Part shown: piece after piece, positions 1 to 8,704 of the stretch
Numbering within the stretch: position 1 is the first letter of the stretch
Layout of the letters: each line of letters begins with the position of its first letter
NCBI GenBank assembly: GCA_016839815.1
Contig: JAEOTM010000031.1
Span: 1-13,739 of the forward strand
Length of the DNA: 13,739 nt
Direction of reading: 5' to 3'
DNA from: Candidatus Hodarchaeota archaeon
GTDB taxonomy: Archaea; Asgardarchaeota; Heimdallarchaeia; Hodarchaeales; Hodarchaeaceae
Notes under the pieces: model-generated
What the model saw: the letters and a program-made list of their open reading frames with translations, nothing else
Databases searched by the model: none
Told to the model about the DNA's origin: nothing
Made by a program: the position numbers and the translations under genes

Positions 1-417
1 AATCTCCGATGTAGGTGAATCTATTGCAGATTTGGATTCGATATTCAAGAAAAGATCCTGTGAAGGATTAGGTAATGTTGATCTTAGGAGAAGTTCCCCA
101 CAAGACACTCCAAGAACTAAAATTGTTAATATGACTATTACCGATTTAGGAGAAATTTTCCATTTTTTTGGAATGAAAGGGGTAGATATTGAAAGTGGGA
201 CTAGTGTGCTTATTGAAAGGGAAATATTTTTTGCAGCAGCTTTTTGACATGGGTAGGTAATTCTTGATGGTTTGGAACCTGTTCGAAAGACTATCCAGAG
301 AATATTGACTAGAGTAAAAAGGACTAAATGATTCCTTATTCTTTTTTTGTTGAACTTTCTGAGACCATTCCAAACGTGCAAACGCTTTCTACTAAACCAC
401 TCTTGGATCCATGACAA
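1..417 (-). CDS. N-terminal part of a probable DUF362 (Fe-S) domain membrane-anchored protein; runs off the left edge
   Basis: Manual translation shows a minus-strand frame open from 585 to 1, reading ...LVLFTLVNILWIVFRTGSKPSRITYPCQKAAAKNIS...VIVILTILVLGVSCG... The TM-'KPSRxxYPCQxAA' motif is one I recognise from N-termini of DUF362 proteins. TTG at 417 is preceded by CAGGTG (SD-like); an alternative ATG is at 516. Confidence 0.7.
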   Translation of the reverse strand, partial: MSWIQEWFSRKRLHVWNGLRKFNKKRIRNHLVLFTLVNILWIVFRTGSKPSRITYPCQKAAAKNISLSISTLVPLSISTPFIPKKWKISPKSVIVILTILVLGVSCGELLLRSTLPNPSQDLFLNIESKSAIDSPTSEI

Positions 418-642
418 ATTCTTAAACACCTGTGCTTCTATCTGGCGAGGTTCATAGAAGAAATCCGAATAAAAATGTATACACCAATGCAAACAGGGCT
501 GAAATTTAACCCCCATCTCATCCGACAATTCGAAAGTGGATTTTAAATGCTTAGTCCTATTAGAATAGTTTGGGAAATTATTGATTCAAGAAATATTCTT
601 TTTTATTGGGAATAATTTTAGTTTCTTATCCAATCTCCAGAT

Positions 643-1704
643 TCATGAGATGTTCAAAAATGATAGGATTTGCTCATAATTTGTGATTAGAAAAACAATT
701 ATGGGTAGCAGAAAGGATGTTAAGAGATTGCGTAATCCTGAAAAACTAAAGGGCCATTCTTGCATGGTTGACGCTTGGTTGAAAAGTACTTGGGTTAGTT
801 GAATCTGCTCAAGATAGTCGCCGGTTATTGAATCAGGGGATTTTTTAAGAGTTTCATACGCATCTGTCATTTTTAATGCCAATTCATTAAGAACTTCAAA
901 TTTTTCTGCTTTCATAAAACGATTCAAGCCGATGGATGGGATCATAAAGTAGATGATAGGTAAAGCGATAACTCCCAGCAAGTAGAGTATACTTGCGATT
1001 AAACCTGCCTCTGTTGTTGACCGAGTTCCCCAATAGATCGAAGTACTTCCGAGTAAAGTAATGAGTAAAGAGACTTTTAACAAGTAATTTGCGATTGGGG
1101 AAAGACCACCTGCTTTATCTCCCGAGAATACATTAAGTATAAGGCCTTTCTTCGAAGGAAGAATAAGAATTGCTAATGCGGTCATGAATACAACCCACAG
1201 AAATTCAGCAATAATGACTGAGGCAACAATTTGTACAATTAATGACCCAATGGTATTATAGGCATCATATTTATCAATTATAACCAATGCAAACAATGAG
1301 ATAAGTGAGAAGATATAGAAAACTCCAGCAAGCAGATATACCCATTTACTCCAGATAATTCGGATCGATCTATCCCTAAGATCGGGAGTAATTACTTCTT
1401 TATTTGCTAGATCCTTAAGTAAATTATTACTAAGGACACCAACTAGATCGGTTAATGTAATGGTTAGAAACGTTCCCCCGGCAAAGAATAAGATAAAGAT
1501 TACACCCTCGAGTGGTGTTTGATGACCTGAATACTCTGGAGTGCCAAAAAGAGCATTTCTAATTTGTCCACCGATTCCATATGCCGCAACTATCGTTACC
1601 GAAATGAGTAAAAACCCAGTTCGTCCATAAAATTTGTCTCGTGTCCAAAAATTGTGATTTTTCTCTTCCTTATTTCCAGAAATCGTTAACACCTCATAAA
1701 TCAT
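643..1704 (-). CDS. Polytopic membrane protein of unknown function
   Basis: 353-aa ORF with about 7 hydrophobic segments, a 'GDKAGGLSP' loop and a C-terminal 'EWPF...SFLLPII' segment. The start is uncertain (see findings). Confidence 0.85.
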   Translation of the reverse strand: MIYEVLTISGNKEEKNHNFWTRDKFYGRTGFLLISVTIVAAYGIGGQIRNALFGTPEYSGHQTPLEGVIFILFFAGGTFLTITLTDLVGVLSNNLLKDLANKEVITPDLRDRSIRIIWSKWVYLLAGVFYIFSLISLFALVIIDKYDAYNTIGSLIVQIVASVIIAEFLWVVFMTALAILILPSKKGLILNVFSGDKAGGLSPIANYLLKVSLLITLLGSTSIYWGTRSTTEAGLIASILYLLGVIALPIIYFMIPSIGLNRFMKAEKFEVLNELALKMTDAYETLKKSPDSITGDYLEQIQLTQVLFNQASTMQEWPFSFSGLRNLLTSFLLPIIVFLITNYEQILSFLNIS

Positions 1705-1790
1705 ATGAATTGGTTTTTGTGAATCTCTTAATTTTTAAAAGATTTTTCTCTTTTAAAAAGTTTAAACTTACGTTAGTCTGATAATCTGAA

Positions 1791-2063
1791 TTATGCTGAT
1801 TGCCATCGCTTTAGGGTCGGCATGAGAGAAACTAAATAACTTCTTGCCTCATCAATGGTCAGATTTAGGTTCTCCACAGTAGTAGGTATATTCTTCTCAA
1901 TCATTTCCTTCAGTGTCAATTCCTCAGTAAATTCGCCATCATGATAACAATCTCCACAATAATCCTCACTTACTGATCCATCAGCTTCTGATCCTTTTTC
2001 CGTTGTAGCCAGTGGATATGCGCAACTCTGGCACAGGGGTTCACTTGGTGTTTTATTTGGCAT
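1791..2063 (-). CDS. Putative zinc-ribbon protein (Zn_ribbon_2 type)
   Basis: CQSCAYP...EDYCGDCYHDGEF...LKRW matches the CQSCxxP / YCxxCYxxGxF / LKRW signature of this family. Confidence 0.9.
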   Translation of the reverse strand: MPNKTPSEPLCQSCAYPLATTEKGSEADGSVSEDYCGDCYHDGEFTEELTLKEMIEKNIPTTVENLNLTIDEARSYLVSLMPTLKRWQSA

Positions 2064-2519
2064 TTTTAATCATCAAAACTATCTTTTCTCACTTTTGAGA
2101 TAAAACTTTTGGATAGGATGATTAAAATCCAACCATTTTAAATTCACTGTTAAAAATGAGGAAGAAGTGCTCCTTATCAGGACAGTACAGATCAAATTAG
2201 TTTCTAGTTTTATTATATTCCAGGTGAGATATTATATCTGGTTTGAAATCTTAGAATTTTACCTTTATCATAGCCCTAACAGACCTTCGATCCTTCTTTG
2301 TCGTAATAACTTATAACTACATATTGAGGGAAGTAACGGAGAGGAAGAGGGAGATATTGTCAACTTTGGTGAATGTACGTGAGAAATTAACAAATAACGA
2401 AAAAAATGTAAATTAAGATCTAACCTTTATAAGTCAACAACTCCTAGATCAGGACAATTATCAATAAGTGTCAAAGAAGAATTATCTAGAAACAAAAAGA
2501 TAACAGTTGACTATTCTTT

Positions 2520-3554
2520 ATGATATCTAATGCTAATCCAGACCCATTTAGGAAAGAAACATTCCTATACCACCGCTTAGATGACAAGAATGTAAAATGT
2601 AACACTTGTTCACATCATTGTACAATACATGATGGAAATTGGGGTTATTGCAAAACCAAGAAGAATGAGAATGGAATCTTATATTCATTCAACTATGGAT
2701 TAGTGTCCTCATACTCTATAAATCCAATTGAGAAGAAACCGTTATTCCATTATTATCCAGGATCTTATGCATTAACCATTGGAGGTGTTTCATGCAATTT
2801 TAAATGTCCATGGTGTCAAAATTGGAGTATTAGTAAAACAAATCCGCAAGAATTTAAAGCAAATTTTACCTCACCAAAAGAGATTTCACACAAGATTGAT
2901 GGTGGAAAAGATATAACAGGTATTTCTGTTTCCTTCAATGAACCCACATTATCCCTAGAATACGCAGTTGATATATTCAATCTTTTAAATCCTAAAACAT
3001 ATAAAATGTTTGTAACAAATGGCTATATGTCTAAACAGGCATTAAATATCTTAATAAAATCAGGTTTATCTGGAACGAGTGTCACGTTAAAAGGAAATGA
3101 ATTCACCGTTGCTAAATATTGCAAAGCTGATGTCAACAAGGTATGGGAGAATATTTCCTATGCAATCAGTCAAAAAGTGCATGTGGAAGTCGTATGTTTG
3201 ATTATTCCTTCTGTAAATGATACTCTTGACTTCTACATGGAGGTAGCTAATCGATTAGTTGCTATCAGTGATAATATCCCATTACACTTCACACGATTTT
3301 TCCCAGATTATCAATTTACTCATGTTTCTCCAACACCGATTACTACTTTAGAAACTGCGCATTCAATTGCGAAAGAAAGTGGATTGCATTATGTTTATCT
3401 AGGAAATATTCCCGGGCATCCATTAGAGAATACATATTGCCACCACTGCCAATCGTTACTCGTCAAACGATCAGGATATCAAATTACTTCATCTAAAAAT
3501 CTTGAATTGGGAAAGTGTCCAGAATGTGGAGTGGAGATACCCTTCGTATGCTAA
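2520..3554 (+). CDS. amrS: AmmeMemoRadiSam system radical SAM enzyme (PflA-like)
   Basis: N-terminal CNTCSHHC, 'NPIEKKPLFHYYPGS', radical SAM CxxxCxxC (CNFKCPWCQNW), 'FNEP', 'PLHFTRFFPDY', 'YVYLGNIPG' and a C-terminal CxxC...CxxC ribbon. Confidence 0.92.
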   Translation: MISNANPDPFRKETFLYHRLDDKNVKCNTCSHHCTIHDGNWGYCKTKKNENGILYSFNYGLVSSYSINPIEKKPLFHYYPGSYALTIGGVSCNFKCPWCQNWSISKTNPQEFKANFTSPKEISHKIDGGKDITGISVSFNEPTLSLEYAVDIFNLLNPKTYKMFVTNGYMSKQALNILIKSGLSGTSVTLKGNEFTVAKYCKADVNKVWENISYAISQKVHVEVVCLIIPSVNDTLDFYMEVANRLVAISDNIPLHFTRFFPDYQFTHVSPTPITTLETAHSIAKESGLHYVYLGNIPGHPLENTYCHHCQSLLVKRSGYQITSSKNLELGKCPECGVEIPFVC

Positions 3555-3648
3555 TTATGACTCTTAATAAGCAATACTTTGTGGGGAAACCAATGGTATC
3601 TCTTCTAGTGATGTGGAATATCGAGAAAAAAGTACCTCCTTTTCACTG

Positions 3649-3665
3649 AAAGAAGCATTTAAATA
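3649..3665 (+). promoter_or_regulatory. Archaeal BRE/TATA promoter for the GYD gene
   Basis: Purine-rich run followed by TTTAAATA (3658-3665), with the SD GGAGGTG at 3696-3702 before ATG 3708. Confidence 0.55.
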
Positions 3666-3707
3666 TCCTTGAATCTAAGGTACTCTGTTAAATTTGGAGG
3701 TGTAAAA

Positions 3708-3998
3708 ATGCACTATATAATTCTGGGGAAATATACTGAAGAGGGAATCAAAAATATGAAGGATTCACCCAAGCGATTAGAAGCTGCCCAAAAAGTGGCA
3801 AATTCGTTTGGAGGAGAGATCAAACATTTCTACTTAACCATGGGTAGATTTGATTTCGTTTCAATTGTTGAAGCTCCAAGTAACGAGGCAGCGATGAAAG
3901 CAATCATTACTATAGCCTCAGCAGGGGCGATAACAACTGAAACATTAGTCGCAATACCAACTGAAGAATACAAAGAGCTTGTTAAAGCACTACCATAA
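3708..3998 (+). CDS. GYD domain-containing protein
   Basis: MHYIILGKYTEEGIKNMKDSPKRLEAA...YLTMGRFDFVSIVEAP...TETL fits the GYD family. ATG 3708 follows a strong SD, so it is preferred over the track's TTG at 3669. Confidence 0.9.
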   Translation: MHYIILGKYTEEGIKNMKDSPKRLEAAQKVANSFGGEIKHFYLTMGRFDFVSIVEAPSNEAAMKAIITIASAGAITTETLVAIPTEEYKELVKALP

Positions 3999-4022
3999 GA
4001 CTATGCAGTCTAATTGCCATAA

Positions 4023-4042
4023 CTATCCGTTCTAATGGATAG
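4023..4042 (+). terminator. Hairpin downstream of the GYD gene (possible terminator or 3' stabiliser)
   Basis: CTATCCGT-tcta-ATGGATAG forms an 8-bp stem with one G-U pair, about 25 nt after the stop codon. Confidence 0.35.
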
Positions 4043-4200
4043 AAGGATCTCAAGAAGGATATTATCATTAAGATCAGGAAGAAAAAAGTAACTGATCAAA
4101 CTTAATTTCTTTCAACAATCTACACAACCCTCTACTGGACCTCTATAAAAACACTGGTAACGAAAGTTTCACAACTATTAATATTAAATTTAGATAACTT

Positions 4201-4216
4201 CAAAAGGGTATATAAG
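4201..4216 (+). promoter_or_regulatory. BRE/TATA promoter, probably giving a leaderless mRNA
   Basis: CAAAAGGG followed by TATATAAG (4209-4216); the TATA starts 26 nt before ATG 4235 and no SD is visible. Confidence 0.55.
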
Positions 4217-4234
4217 AAAGAATCCCTGAACAAT

Positions 4235-4819
4235 ATGGGTATCATTGAGGATCCTAAAACTTTTTTGTATTCTCAGAGTCAATTTCCTGATCGTGAACCC
4301 CTCATTTTATTTGGGGGGTGTATCTATCAAAATAATGCTGACTCAACCAGTGAAGTCATTCGTGACTTAAAAAAGCTCTTTACAAGCCTACTTGATTCGA
4401 TTGAACAGGCCTATTTAATTCATTTCAGTATTTCTGATGCAGTAATGGGAATATCAGGTGAAATGAATATTGAATTTACAAATCTTCGACAAAAACTGCT
4501 GGAACAAGCCCAAGATTATCACTCTCATCATGGAAACAATCGTCATATACGTTTTCAGATGATGAGACAATTATATAAGGTGGGTCAAAGAAATGCAGTA
4601 TGGTTTTCTACTAATAAGATACCTCCTTACCAACTTTTCTTCTTACATTGGTTAGAATCGATTTTGAACGAATTTTACATGTTAGATCTGTTAAATGGTC
4701 TTGCTCTTAATATAATCACTAGATTGGGGTTAACAGCTCAAGCTCATGCCCTTTTGACAAAGCTATCAGCAGAAATTTTGCTTTACATTCGAGATACACA
4801 AATCCGATATACCATCTGA
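4235..4819 (+). CDS. Hypothetical protein
   Basis: 194-aa ORF with an upstream TATA and a downstream T-tract; no family motif recognised. Confidence 0.75.
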   Translation: MGIIEDPKTFLYSQSQFPDREPLILFGGCIYQNNADSTSEVIRDLKKLFTSLLDSIEQAYLIHFSISDAVMGISGEMNIEFTNLRQKLLEQAQDYHSHHGNNRHIRFQMMRQLYKVGQRNAVWFSTNKIPPYQLFFLHWLESILNEFYMLDLLNGLALNIITRLGLTAQAHALLTKLSAEILLYIRDTQIRYTI

Positions 4820-4827
4820 GTAAGTGG

Positions 4828-4858
4828 ATAGTTTTTTTGAGTCCAACTATAAAAAAAC
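4828..4858 (+). terminator. Oligo-T terminator-like element
   Basis: T7 tract at 4832-4838 just after the stop, with a complementary A7 tract at 4851-4857. Confidence 0.45.
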
Positions 4859-5015
4859 CAAAAAAACGCCTTCAAACGCACAACTAGATAGGAATAGCAT
4901 ATCTCTCTTGAAAAATACAAGGAAAAAAATTCCATATTCAAAGTGAACAAAGGATCCAAAAATTCATGTTAAAACTTTTCTTAGATAAGTATAGAGAATA
5001 ATGGGTGAAGTTACC

Positions 5016-5966
5016 ATGGAGAAAATAGTTGTTTCAGCACCAGCGACAATTGCTAATATTGGACCAGGATTTGATGTTTATGGGTTAGCTGTTGATTCAC
5101 CTGTAGATATCATTAAAGCTAGAAAATTAGATGACAGACCTAAGAAAGTTATTATTAGTAAGACTAATCTCCCAGAACTACCATTGGAAGCAGACCAAAA
5201 CACAGCTAGTATTGCGGCCCAGTTTGTACTAAATACAGTAAATGCTGACTTTGGAGTTGAGTTTAAAATTGAAAAGGGGATGGGTATTGGAACTGGTCTT
5301 GGAAGTAGTGCCGCAAGTGCAGCTGCCGGAGTAAAAGCTGTTGCACATTTCCTTAATAATTCTATTGAGAATTTAGAATCAGTATTATTGGAAGGATGTA
5401 TTGTAGCAGAAGAAGCTATTGATGGAGGAATTCATGGAGATAACGTCGCACCATCACTTTTTGGAGGATTTATTGTAATTCCTTCATCTAGAAACCCGCT
5501 ACTCTATTCTAAATTCTTATTACCCAAAGAATTACGAATAATCCTCGCCACACCACCCATTTCAATATTGACAGCGGATGCTAGAAGAATTATCCCTCAA
5601 GAAATCCCGCTACAACATTCAATTCATAGTACTGGCTATGCGGGGTTAGTAATGGCAGGAATTATTAAAAAAGATCTCAAATTAATGGGTAAAGGGATTG
5701 TTGATCCCATCATTGAACCAGTCAGAGCAAAATTAATCCCTCATTTTTACGAAGTTAAACAAGCAGCATTAGATGCAGGGGCTTATGGTTGCTCAATTTC
5801 TGGAGCTGGACCAACTGTTTTCGCGATTGCAGATGAAGATTCTGATGTGAAAAATATAGGAAAGGCAATGGCAGAAGCATTTGAGATGCATAAGCAAGTA
5901 ACGGTCAGAATAGGTCTTCCAAATAATGATGGAGCAAAAGTCCTTGCCCGAAGTTTCCACTTTTAA
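5016..5966 (+). CDS. thrB: Homoserine kinase (GHMP kinase family)
   Basis: APATIANIGPGFD, GTGLGSSAASAAAG, HGDNVAP and ISGAGPT motifs, adjacent to thrC. ATG 5016 follows GGTGA (5004-5008); an alternative ATG is at 5001. Confidence 0.95.
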   Translation: MEKIVVSAPATIANIGPGFDVYGLAVDSPVDIIKARKLDDRPKKVIISKTNLPELPLEADQNTASIAAQFVLNTVNADFGVEFKIEKGMGIGTGLGSSAASAAAGVKAVAHFLNNSIENLESVLLEGCIVAEEAIDGGIHGDNVAPSLFGGFIVIPSSRNPLLYSKFLLPKELRIILATPPISILTADARRIIPQEIPLQHSIHSTGYAGLVMAGIIKKDLKLMGKGIVDPIIEPVRAKLIPHFYEVKQAALDAGAYGCSISGAGPTVFAIADEDSDVKNIGKAMAEAFEMHKQVTVRIGLPNNDGAKVLARSFHF

Positions 5967-7170
5967 CTGTATCAAATGCAAATCTACTTCTTCCATTTCA
6001 TCAGGAAGAATGAGATGTTCCTGTGGGGGATTGTTTGAAGTAAACCATGATTGGACACTATTTACCCCGAGAAATGACCTAAAGAAATATGAACATCATC
6101 CTTCAGGAGTATGGCGGTTCAAACCTATAATTCATCCTGAATTTCCTGAGAATGAAATAATAATGAGAGGTGAGGGGAATACAGGATTATATAACGCTTC
6201 GCAACGTATACTTGATTATGCAGGGTGTAAAAACCTCCTCTTTAAACATGAGGGAGAAAATCCAACAGGATCGTTTAAAGATCGGGGAATGACCGTTGGT
6301 ATCTCTGAAGCTAAACGTCTAGCTATGCATACGGTAGTTTGTGCTTCAACAGGGAATACATCAGCATCCTTAGCAGCTTATGCTTCATATGCTGGTATTA
6401 AGGCCGTGGTGATTCTACCAGAAGGAAAAATAGCTTTTGGAAAATTATCTCAAGCAGTAGCTTATGGAGCTGAGGTCTATACGGTAAAAGGAACCTTCGA
6501 TTTAGCACTGGAATATGTACTTGATCTAGCTAAGAGAGATGGTAGGTATTTACTAAATAGCATTAACCCTTGGCGTATCGAAGGACAGAAAACCATAATT
6601 CTTGAGCTACTGGAGAATCTTACCTGGCAACCACCAGATTGGATTGTGGTTCCAGCTGGTAATCTAGGAAATACATCTGCATTTGGAAAGGCTCTGAAAG
6701 AAGCACAAGAATTGGAACTGATAGAGGAAATTCCAAAGCTGGTTGCTGTCCAAGCAAGCGGATCGGATCCGTTCGTAAAATATTGGGCAAGTGGAGAATA
6801 CAAACCTGAATATAATCCACAGACCATAGCAACTGCAATAAATATAGGAAATCCTGTGAGTCATTCAAAAGCTCACGAGGCATTGAGATTTACCAGTGGA
6901 ATAGCGACAAGCGTCTCTGATCAGTCGATTTTAGATGCGAAAGCATTGATTGATGGTGCAGGGATAGGCTGTGAGCCGGCATCTGCTTCAACGTTAGCAG
7001 GAATAAAGAAATTAGTGGATGAGGGGAATATTTTACCTTCAGAGAATATCGTTGCAGTTCTAACAGGACATCTACTAAAAGATCCCCAAATTATAATTGA
7101 TTATCATCAAAATCAACTAGAAGGGGTCAAATCCACTTTCATAAATAAGATCAAGAGATATGAGTTTTAA
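5926..7170 (+). CDS. thrC: Threonine synthase (PLP-dependent)
   Basis: KHEGENPTGSFKDRG (PLP lysine), CASTGNTSAS, NSINPWRIEGQKT, VPAGNLGN, EPASA and LTGHLLKD motifs, plus an N-terminal CxxC...CxC. Confidence 0.96.
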   Translation: MMEQKSLPEVSTFNCIKCKSTSSISSGRMRCSCGGLFEVNHDWTLFTPRNDLKKYEHHPSGVWRFKPIIHPEFPENEIIMRGEGNTGLYNASQRILDYAGCKNLLFKHEGENPTGSFKDRGMTVGISEAKRLAMHTVVCASTGNTSASLAAYASYAGIKAVVILPEGKIAFGKLSQAVAYGAEVYTVKGTFDLALEYVLDLAKRDGRYLLNSINPWRIEGQKTIILELLENLTWQPPDWIVVPAGNLGNTSAFGKALKEAQELELIEEIPKLVAVQASGSDPFVKYWASGEYKPEYNPQTIATAINIGNPVSHSKAHEALRFTSGIATSVSDQSILDAKALIDGAGIGCEPASASTLAGIKKLVDEGNILPSENIVAVLTGHLLKDPQIIIDYHQNQLEGVKSTFINKIKRYEF

Positions 7171-7180
7171 TATCAGAACT

Positions 7181-7192
7181 GAATCTAGATTC
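7181..7192. repeat. Perfect 12-bp palindrome in the convergent thrC/hdrC gap
   Basis: GAATCTAGATTC is self-complementary. Confidence 0.4.
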
Positions 7193-7227
7193 GTATTTGG
7201 ATAAATAAGCACTTATGCAGTCTATTC

Positions 7228-7560
7228 TTAGTGAATCACAACTTTCTGTGATTTGATTCGTTCAGCCGAAGCATTGGATAATCTTATCGAAAGATGCTTT
7301 AGTTGCTGTATAACATGACCAACATCAATACCTTGGGGACAGCGAGTACTACAAGCAGAACACATTCTGCAGAACCAAATCTGTTGTTCTTCAAGTGTCT
7401 CTTTATTGAATTCACCAAGAAGAAGTTTTTTCATAATTCTTCGAGGATTGAAATTAGAATAACGTCTAAAGATGGGACATTTACCAGCACAGGCACCACA
7501 TTGATAACACAGCTTCATAACATCATAAAGATCCTTAAAGTCTTTGAGTAGTTCACTCAT
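7228..7560 (-). CDS. HdrC-like 2x[4Fe-4S] dicluster protein (short, stand-alone)
   Basis: CYQCGACAGKCP, FNPRRIM and IWFCRMCSACSTRCPQGI are typical HdrC motifs. SD GAGTG precedes the ATG and a TTATAAAA box lies near 7600-7593 on the minus strand. Confidence 0.85.
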   Translation of the reverse strand: MSELLKDFKDLYDVMKLCYQCGACAGKCPIFRRYSNFNPRRIMKKLLLGEFNKETLEEQQIWFCRMCSACSTRCPQGIDVGHVIQQLKHLSIRLSNASAERIKSQKVVIH

Positions 7561-7888
7561 AGGATCACTCGTGTAGACTTAGTTCATAATTCTTTTATAA
7601 GTCTGACGTGTACAGAGTTTACAGCATATGCATATTAGGATAAGCAGAAAAATCAGAATAAAGAGTTTTTAGAGATATTTGTGGGAAATCATATTATTTA
7701 GGAATAGATTCAATTCCCCTAGGACCCAATTCAGTAATATTTGTAATCAATGTAAATAATTACACAAGAATTGAATGATTTTGTGCAATGTAGCACATTA
7801 AGGATCTGGAATGCATCACACGTTAGATATGATATCGTTTCGTCACACGATTATCAATTCCGAGGGAAGAATCAATTCTCGATTAACA

Positions 7889-8674
7889 CTAAACGTTTTC
7901 CTTTATAAAAGCAAGTTGTCGTCCGAGAGCAATAATCTTTCCCTCTTCAGTCCAAAGTTCAATATCTGTTTCTGTAAGCCCATTGGTAGTAAAACACGTT
8001 TTCGAGATAAAACCTAAAGAATTACCTGAGGGAATATTTCTAATTTGAGCTGTAAGTTCAAGGGTTGGAACCCATGCTAGATGGCCTGTTTGTCGTAGAA
8101 TGGGAGGAGGGGTTGCGTCCACAAACAGTAATACTGCAAGTGAGTCCATTGGCCGATTATCCTGAAAACTGAAGTACCCAGAAAAGACGGTTTCTCTTCC
8201 TTCTATTCCTTGCAACCAATCCAGCTGATCACGGGGTACTAACAACCTCACTTGTTTGAAAAAAGGTAAGGAAGGACGAGTGATTTCGATACATTCAGAC
8301 GGATCAGGTAATTCAGGTTGTTTTTGAACCAGAGTCATTCCACTGAATGCATCCTTTTGAGTGAACATTCCTGTGTAAGAAATAACTACGGTATTTTTCT
8401 GAATCAATGAAATAGTCACTGTAATTGTCCTCTTACTCTTTAAAACACGGTCAACAGTCAGTTTCGCATGACCATGAGCTGTTGGTTTGTGATAATATGC
8501 AGTCATTGATAACGGAACTTTGTAATCAGAGAGACCTGCAATAACATTTCCTGCTATTGCCATCAAGTATCCCCCATTCGGAGCTACTATGTTCCAATCA
8601 CTGGTAATCTCTGTTTCAAATCGATTCTCTCCTGTACGTTCTACCTGTATATCATGATCGAATTTATATTTCAT
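7889..8674 (-). CDS. Acyl-CoA thioesterase family protein (TesB-like double hotdog)
   Basis: W...PNGGYLMA, 'LLFVDATPP', 'WVPTLELT' and 'ELWTEEGKIIALGRQ' motifs; 261 aa. Confidence 0.9.
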   Translation of the reverse strand: MKYKFDHDIQVERTGENRFETEITSDWNIVAPNGGYLMAIAGNVIAGLSDYKVPLSMTAYYHKPTAHGHAKLTVDRVLKSKRTITVTISLIQKNTVVISYTGMFTQKDAFSGMTLVQKQPELPDPSECIEITRPSLPFFKQVRLLVPRDQLDWLQGIEGRETVFSGYFSFQDNRPMDSLAVLLFVDATPPPILRQTGHLAWVPTLELTAQIRNIPSGNSLGFISKTCFTTNGLTETDIELWTEEGKIIALGRQLAFIKENV

Positions 8675-8704
8675 GAAAGACCAACCTGTTTCAATTTAGT
8701 GGAT

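Noticed and set aside
32-373. Track ORFs 32..247 (+) and 146..373 (-)
   Set aside because: They are antisense or out-of-frame shadows of the motif-bearing minus-strand gene at 1..417.
4817-4831. Selenocysteine readthrough of the TGA ending ORF 4235
   Set aside because: An in-frame TAG follows four codons later, and no redox motif or SECIS-like element was recognised.
4820-5015. Thr-rich leader peptide or T-box attenuator before thrBC
   Set aside because: No Thr/Ile-rich mini-ORF or T-box motif was seen.
5793-6883. Minus-strand ORFs 5793..5996, 6477..6827, 6620..6883 and 6664..6864
   Set aside because: Antisense to well-supported thrB/thrC and without motifs.
7303-8017. Plus-strand ORFs 7303..7551 and 7811..8017
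   Set aside because: Antisense overlaps with the hdrC-like and thioesterase genes; no protein-like features.
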